From: an uncultured Synechococcaceae cyanobacterium
GTDB taxonomy: Bacteria > Cyanobacteriota > Cyanobacteriia > PCC-6307 > Cyanobiaceae
Assembly: GCA_902572395.1 (NCBI GenBank)
Contig: CACGFX010000003.1
Span: 8,057 to 72,056 of the forward strand
Direction of reading: 5' to 3'
Length of the DNA stretch: 64,000 nucleotides
Both the position numbers and the translations under genes were made by a program. Below are positions 58,351 through 64,000 of the stretch, in pieces; position 1 is the stretch's first letter, and each line of letters begins with the position of its first letter. The notes under the pieces are model-generated. The model made no database searches. It was given only the letters and a program-made list of their open reading frames with translations, and was not told the origin of the DNA.

Positions 58351-60152
58351 AATTTTTCAACTTTTCTATTTTCCCAGTCAGATTTATAACCACTTTTAAC
58401 TAAAAATTTCGAATACTTATTTAAATCAGTTTTTTGAATTCGCCACAAATTATAAATCCCAAATTTGCCCAATTTTTGATGATTAATTTTTGACCATTGA
58501 TGTCGGCGGGTAGAGTATTCATCTATCACTACCAATAGAGATTTATATCCATAATCAGGTTGATCCTCATAATTCTCCCTCCTATCATTATTTAGCCTTT
58601 CTGACAGATTAATTAATCCCTCTTCAGTGTTTGGTTCATAAAAAACTATTTGTCTCGAATAATAATGTAATGAAGGTTTTCTGATCCCGATCATTGCTAA
58701 AGTTTCCCTTCCCTCTCGAGTATCTAAAATTAATTTTGAGATATTCCTTAAAGGTAATTGCCTTGAAGTATCTGCTAATTTTCTTATTGGCGACATCAAA
58801 TAAGATTGTCCAATTAAAAGTATAATTTGAAGATAAAGAAGGATATTTCTAGATTTTAAAGAAAATAAGATTATTGCAAAAAGGGTAAATGAAGAGAAGA
58901 ACATTTTAGCTTTGAAAATAATCCCAGAGCTTTTTAGTTCAGATGCAAGATTAGGCATTTCGGGATCATTAATTGAACTCAACCAAATATTCGAAAAAAA
59001 GAAAGCTATTGAGAAGCCAAACAAAATTAAAATATTAAAAATCCACAAATATGAATAACTTTTATTTATATTTTTTAAGTTTGTAAAGCTATTGCTTGTT
59101 AATAATGCAGCCGCTGGAATTGCTGGCAACCAATAGCTAGGTAGTTTCGTTGCAGAAAGGCTAAAGAAGATTAAAACTGACGTTAACCAACATAAAGAAT
59201 ATGTATAAAGGGTCTCAGTGACATTGCAACTTTTTTTTGAACTTTTAAAGAAATCCTCAAAGGTTTTAAATATCCCATGAAATAAAAAAGGAGTGAATGG
59301 TAATGAAGCCAATATCATTATGTAAAGAAAAAACCAGAACGGTTCTGCATGATTATTTACAACTGAGGTATATCTTTGAAAATTATGGTAACCAAAAAAA
59401 TTATCCCAAAAAGGCTTTCCCTCTTTTAGAAGTTCTAATACGTACCATGGAACACTTATTAGTGTTGTTATTAAAAAACCTTTCTTAGGGTTTATCTTCC
59501 TGAGCAACGTTTTCCAATTCTTCTGACAAGACATGAAAGACGTTATTGTCAATAAAGCCAAAACAAATGCAACAGGTCCTTTAACTAAAATTGCAAAACC
59601 TAAAAATGCCCACGCTGAAATACATTGATCATTATTGTCACTTGCCATTCTTCTCCAAAACAAAAGCAGGCTAATCCCTAAGGTTCCAGTTAAAAGGGCA
59701 TCACTCACGGCAGTTCTACTCCAAATAATTATTAATGGAGAAAGAGCAAAGCCTAATGATGCAACTATTGGAGTGAGGAAGTGCCTATCACTCTTCTGTG
59801 GCCAACAAAACAACGTATCTCCAATCATCAACATTAAAAATAATGATGCCAAAGCTGAAGGGAGTCTTGCTGAGAGAGTCCCGAAACTATCCCAAATCTC
59901 GTTTTTCGGTAATGAGTAAAAAAAACCCATTAGCCAATATATCAGTGGAGGCTTATCAAAACGGAATATTCCATTGACTTTTGGAGTTAACCAATCACCA
60001 GATTCACTCATTGTCCGAGCTGCAGCGGCAAATAAAGGGGGAGTTTCATCCACCAGTCCTGTAGTGCCTAAACCTAAGATAAATACAATGATCCCACAAA
60101 CTAAAACTATCAATAAGGTTATAAGCCTTTTTTTTGAGTTAAGAAGAATCAT
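58347..60152 (-). CDS. ArnT/GT39-like membrane glycosyltransferase
   Basis: DETPP.FA..AR.M...GDW.TP..NG..RFDKPPL.YW, KGP, TKLPSY. Confidence 0.9.
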   Translation of the reverse strand: MILLNSKKRLITLLIVLVCGIIVFILGLGTTGLVDETPPLFAAAARTMSESGDWLTPKVNGIFRFDKPPLIYWLMGFFYSLPKNEIWDSFGTLSARLPSALASLFLMLMIGDTLFCWPQKSDRHFLTPIVASLGFALSPLIIIWSRTAVSDALLTGTLGISLLLFWRRMASDNNDQCISAWAFLGFAILVKGPVAFVLALLTITSFMSCQKNWKTLLRKINPKKGFLITTLISVPWYVLELLKEGKPFWDNFFGYHNFQRYTSVVNNHAEPFWFFLYIMILASLPFTPFLFHGIFKTFEDFFKSSKKSCNVTETLYTYSLCWLTSVLIFFSLSATKLPSYWLPAIPAAALLTSNSFTNLKNINKSYSYLWIFNILILFGFSIAFFFSNIWLSSINDPEMPNLASELKSSGIIFKAKMFFSSFTLFAIILFSLKSRNILLYLQIILLIGQSYLMSPIRKLADTSRQLPLRNISKLILDTREGRETLAMIGIRKPSLHYYSRQIVFYEPNTEEGLINLSERLNNDRRENYEDQPDYGYKSLLVVIDEYSTRRHQWSKINHQKLGKFGIYNLWRIQKTDLNKYSKFLVKSGYKSDWENRKVEKF

Positions 60153-60158
60153 TTAATA

Positions 60159-61235
60159 TTATTTATATTCATGCATTACCTTATTAAGCCAGTTCACAAC
60201 CTTGTTAGCAAATATATCTGCGGAGGCATTTTTTTCTACCCATTCTCTACATTTCTGACGCTTTATTTTTTCAATAATCTCTACATAGTAAAGCATATTT
60301 TTTTTATCATCAGGATCAGCAAGATAACCTGTTTGGCCATGCTGAATAATTTCACTAGGACCTCCCCTTTTATAAGCTACAACAGGCACCCCGCAGGCTA
60401 AAGCTTCAACAATAACGTTCCCATATGCCTCATTCCATTTCGGAGTATTTAGCAACCCTCTACATTTACCAAGTTCTTTTTGTAATTCATCGGTTGATAA
60501 AAACCCCATCCAATCTATAGCTCCTTTAGGGAATAATTTTTCTATCTTTGAGGCATACATCTCATCTTCTATAAATCCCCAAACTTTTAATTTTTCGCCA
60601 AGTTGATTTGCTACATAAACCGCATCCTCCAAACCTTTCTCTGGAGCAACTCTTCCAATCCATGCCAAAGGTCCCTTAACTGAATCTTGAAAAATATAAT
60701 TATCTAAATTAAACCCATTCCCAATAATTGTTGGTTTTTTTATAAATGGATAATCATTAGCTTGCATTTTCGAATGAAAAGCAAAATTATTTGGATATTT
60801 AGCATATACCTTAGAAATTAAATTACTAATTACTGAACTTTCAGAACCCATACTAATAACATGTGCAATGGGTACCTCGAAATTTAGAGTCATCCAGATA
60901 GGTAACCAATCATAGGACATGTTCAACAATACATCTGCATGTTTAGCTATATCTAATCCCTTTTCAAGCATTGCTGCTAAAAGAGAATTGTCTGGGATAA
61001 TCACGGGAGAATTATAATTTTGATGCTGCCAACTAATTTGATCTTCACCTTCCACAAAATGTAATTTTGCTTTTACATTACTTTCATGTAACTTAGAATT
61101 TTTTGGAGCTACAACCTCAACAGAATGACCTAAAGAAATTAAACCTGAAACTAAAGAATTTAAAGTTAATTCAACTCCACCACCTTTACCACTCCCTAAG
61201 AACCCTATTGGAGTACTAATCAAAACTATTCGCAT
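60159..61235 (-). CDS. glycosyltransferase family 4
   Basis: GGVE, GRVAPEKG, EAYGNV.VEALACGVPVV. Confidence 0.92.
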   Translation of the reverse strand: MRIVLISTPIGFLGSGKGGGVELTLNSLVSGLISLGHSVEVVAPKNSKLHESNVKAKLHFVEGEDQISWQHQNYNSPVIIPDNSLLAAMLEKGLDIAKHADVLLNMSYDWLPIWMTLNFEVPIAHVISMGSESSVISNLISKVYAKYPNNFAFHSKMQANDYPFIKKPTIIGNGFNLDNYIFQDSVKGPLAWIGRVAPEKGLEDAVYVANQLGEKLKVWGFIEDEMYASKIEKLFPKGAIDWMGFLSTDELQKELGKCRGLLNTPKWNEAYGNVIVEALACGVPVVAYKRGGPSEIIQHGQTGYLADPDDKKNMLYYVEIIEKIKRQKCREWVEKNASADIFANKVVNWLNKVMHEYK

Positions 61236-61264
61236 TATTAGACTTTTTACAAAAAAGAACCTTA

Positions 61265-62206
61265 TTAAATAGTAGTATCAGAAAGTTTATTTTCCCATAA
61301 ACTTTTTCTCTGGCTAACAAAAAATACTGAGATAAGAACAAACACTACTCCTATCCACTGCACGATAGTGAGTCTTTCATCTAACCAAACACCTCCACTG
61401 AGAAGAGCAAATACAGGTGTTAAAAATGCAAGAGTACTAAATCCAGTTATTTCTTTATTATTAGCAAAGTAGAAAAACAATCCATAAGCTATTGCCCCTC
61501 CAAAAATACTTGCAAATGACATAAGTCCCCAATCAAATAATGACCAATCTGGAATTATTGTGAAATTTGATTGTAAGCAGTGCTTAAAAATTAAGGGCAA
61601 ACTCCCTAAAACCATATGCCAACCTGTCACTGCCACTGGGTCACTTTTAGTACAAGTGAATCTAATTAAAATTGTTCCTAATGCCATAGCGAGAGAAGCT
61701 GCAAGCATCCAAAGTTCTCCAAAGTTAAAAGCAACATCATTTATAGACTTATCAGACATCAACCACCAATTCCCTAAAAATTCTTGTGGAACTCCTAAAA
61801 ATACTATTCCTCCCAAGCCAAAAAGTAGTCCTAACCATCCTATTGGATTAATTAAATTCCCAAAAATTGCCCTCGCTAAAATAGCTACCAAAAGCGGTTG
61901 AGAATCAATTAAAACAGAACCTAAACCTGCTCCAGTTTTTTCAATACCATAAGTTAAAAACAACTGAAAAAAAGTGGCATCAACAATCGTAAAAACAAAA
62001 AACCACTTCAAATCGCACCTATAAATTTTTAAATCTCTTTTAAACAAATATGTTGTTATTAGAACAAGAATCCCTGCAGGAAGTAATCTTAAAGAAGCCA
62101 CAAACTCAGGCCCAGCACTAGATACTAAAGGAGTCATTGCCGCCATTGAAGTACCCCAAAGTGCAAAAGGGAGTATCATTAAAAACCAATTTAGGATTGA
62201 ATTCAT
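61265..62206 (-). CDS. DMT/EamA family transporter
   Basis: LWG, LR, two EamA repeats, LTPVFA. Confidence 0.9.
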   Translation of the reverse strand: MNSILNWFLMILPFALWGTSMAAMTPLVSSAGPEFVASLRLLPAGILVLITTYLFKRDLKIYRCDLKWFFVFTIVDATFFQLFLTYGIEKTGAGLGSVLIDSQPLLVAILARAIFGNLINPIGWLGLLFGLGGIVFLGVPQEFLGNWWLMSDKSINDVAFNFGELWMLAASLAMALGTILIRFTCTKSDPVAVTGWHMVLGSLPLIFKHCLQSNFTIIPDWSLFDWGLMSFASIFGGAIAYGLFFYFANNKEITGFSTLAFLTPVFALLSGGVWLDERLTIVQWIGVVFVLISVFFVSQRKSLWENKLSDTTI

Positions 62207-62258
62207 TAGGTCTGCTGATAGTCTTTTTAAAGTAGTTTTATGAATTTACCTTAAAAGA

Positions 62259-63068
62259 ATGATTTGGCCTTTTAGACGAAAGTCAAAAAAAAGAATAGCT
62301 CGTATAGTAATTGATGAGCCTATTACAAGTTCAACAAGAGTTTCAGTCCTTAAAGCTCTTAAACAAATTGAGGATAGAGAATTTCCTGCTTTAATCGTGA
62401 GAATTGATTCTCCTGGGGGTACTGTTGGGGATAGCCAAGAAATATACTCTGCTATTAAAAGACTAAAAGGTAAAGGATGTAAAGTCATTGCTAGTTTTGG
62501 GAACATCTCAGCATCAGGAGGCGTTTACATTGGTGTTGCTTCTGACAAAATAGTTGCTAATCCAGGCACAATTACAGGATCTATTGGTGTGATTATAAGA
62601 GGAAATAATTTATCTGAATTATTAGATAAAATTGGCATTAAATTTGAGACTGTTAAAAGCGGTGTCTTTAAAGACATACTTTCTCCAGATAAACCTCTAA
62701 GTGAGGAAGGTAGAGGCCTACTCCAAGGGCTTATAGATGAAAGTTACAAACAATTTACTGAAGCTGTTGCTGAAGGAAGGAATTTACCTGTTGAAGAAGT
62801 AAGAAAATTTGCTGATGGAAGAATTTTTACTGGAACACAAGCACTCGAACTTGGTCTTGTTGATGCGGTTGGAGATGAATTTGTTGCAAGGGAGCTAGCT
62901 GCAGAAATGGTTAATATTGATCCTAAAATTCAACCCTTAACATTTGGGAAGAAGAAGAAGAAAATACTTGGACTGATTCCTGGAAGTAGAATGATTGAGA
63001 AAATTATCAATAATATCTTTTTTGAGTTTGACTCATCTAATAAAGTACTTTGGTTGTACAAACCTTAA
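62259..63068 (+). CDS. sppA: signal peptide peptidase SppA (S49)
   Basis: RIDSPGG, ASGGVY, TGSIGV, DGRIFTG.QA. Confidence 0.95.
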   Translation: MIWPFRRKSKKRIARIVIDEPITSSTRVSVLKALKQIEDREFPALIVRIDSPGGTVGDSQEIYSAIKRLKGKGCKVIASFGNISASGGVYIGVASDKIVANPGTITGSIGVIIRGNNLSELLDKIGIKFETVKSGVFKDILSPDKPLSEEGRGLLQGLIDESYKQFTEAVAEGRNLPVEEVRKFADGRIFTGTQALELGLVDAVGDEFVARELAAEMVNIDPKIQPLTFGKKKKKILGLIPGSRMIEKIINNIFFEFDSSNKVLWLYKP

Positions 63069-63086
63069 ATAAATATTTATAAAAAA

Positions 63087-63458
63087 ATGAAAGACGATTA
63101 TGAAATAACATTTATTCGTGGTGCTACAACAGCATCTGGGAATTCTGTTAGGGAAATAGAAGTTGCAGTAGTGGAATTAATTGATGAATTAATTTCACGA
63201 AACAATCTAATTAAGACAAACATACTATCCATCACATTCACAGCAACAAAAGATTTAAATGCATGTTTCCCCGCTTCAATTGCAAGGAAATTTAATGGAC
63301 TTGATTCAGTTGCCTTTTTAGATTGCCAACAAATGCACGTATCCAATGATGTTGATTTTTGTATAAGAATAATGGCTCAAGTTTTATTGCCACCAAATTA
63401 TGCAATAAAGCACCCTTATTTAAAAGGTGCTGCAAAATTAAGGACAGATAGATGTTAA
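63087..63458 (+). CDS. aroH: chorismate mutase, AroH type
   Basis: IRGATT, T.DL.A.FPA, CIR, H.YL.GA..LR.D. Confidence 0.93.
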   Translation: MKDDYEITFIRGATTASGNSVREIEVAVVELIDELISRNNLIKTNILSITFTATKDLNACFPASIARKFNGLDSVAFLDCQQMHVSNDVDFCIRIMAQVLLPPNYAIKHPYLKGAAKLRTDRC

Positions 63459-63527
63459 CCTTAGTAAAATTATTTTTCTGCTTTAAATTTAATAGCACTT
63501 ACTAAACCTTTAAATTTTATTTCCTTA

Positions 63528-64000
63528 ATGCTAAAAATCACAAAGAAACATACTTTAAATCTTAAAATTTTAAGATTTTTTATTATACCTACAATTTTAG
63601 TTTTAACTCCATTTTTCAGTAACATCCAAGAGGCTAAAGCGGGGTTGGAATTCCAGTGGGATCAAGACGATAATTTTAGAAGATTAAAGTGGTTTCAAAA
63701 AGAAAATAGAAGGAGATTTAGAAATAAAATTTATTTTTTCTTGAGGCCATCTGATAGAAGAACTGATCTCTTAAAAATTAATCTAGCAATTCCTAAGACC
63801 TTTAATTCCACTCTAAATAATGAAAAAATTAGTTTATGCAAAGTAAAAATAGGTGGTTTTGAGGGTAGAACTAAATGTTTAGAAGATATTCCAGCTGATT
63901 TCGAGATCAAGACTGATGAATCAGGCTTACGTTCACTAGATATTTACCCCTACAGTCCAATTCCCTCTAACAAAGAAAGTTATGCGATTGTCTTTAAAAT
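63528..64000 (+). CDS. DUF2808-like exported protein (partial)
   Basis: Manual translation MLKITKKHTL...AKAGLEFQWDQDDNFRRLKWFQ...; open to the window end. Confidence 0.7.
   Translation, partial: MLKITKKHTLNLKILRFFIIPTILVLTPFFSNIQEAKAGLEFQWDQDDNFRRLKWFQKENRRRFRNKIYFFLRPSDRRTDLLKINLAIPKTFNSTLNNEKISLCKVKIGGFEGRTKCLEDIPADFEIKTDESGLRSLDIYPYSPIPSNKESYAIVFK

Noticed and set aside
2406-63498. Numerous 60-113 aa ORFs nested in or antisense to long genes
   Set aside because: Shadow frames of well-supported CDSs with no independent signals.

Overview
AT-rich window of a high-light Prochlorococcus chromosome, identified from psbD/psbC, a pcb/isiA-type antenna gene, multicopy hli genes, a som-type porin and Yfr2. 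It starts in an accessory region (1-11.7 kb) with an NRAMP-like transporter, an NSS symporter, SelO, many small ORFs and four hli genes. Core genes follow: ychF, polA, cysS, dxr, pntAB, NTRC, infA, petM, ilvN, ycf4, psbDC, cobQ, glyQ, isiB, sppA and aroH. Three accessory blocks interrupt the core. (i) A ~7 kb insert after dxr carries a duplicated hli pair and a four-gene operon: a carbamoyltransferase lacking the aspartate-specificity motif, an AsnB-type amidotransferase, an N-carbamoyl-amino-acid hydrolase and a DUF1028 Ntn-hydrolase, with a perfect NtcA box. This is the best candidate for an uncharacterised system, possibly synthesis and turnover of an N-rich carbamoyl-amino-acid amide. (ii) A small island at tRNA-Ser(CGA) has an att-like duplication, arm-type repeats, Yfr2, a CP12-like microprotein and a candidate sRNA. 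(iii) A piuC / small protein / porin block sits next to futA. All calls come from reading the sequence and recalled family motifs; no searches were run.
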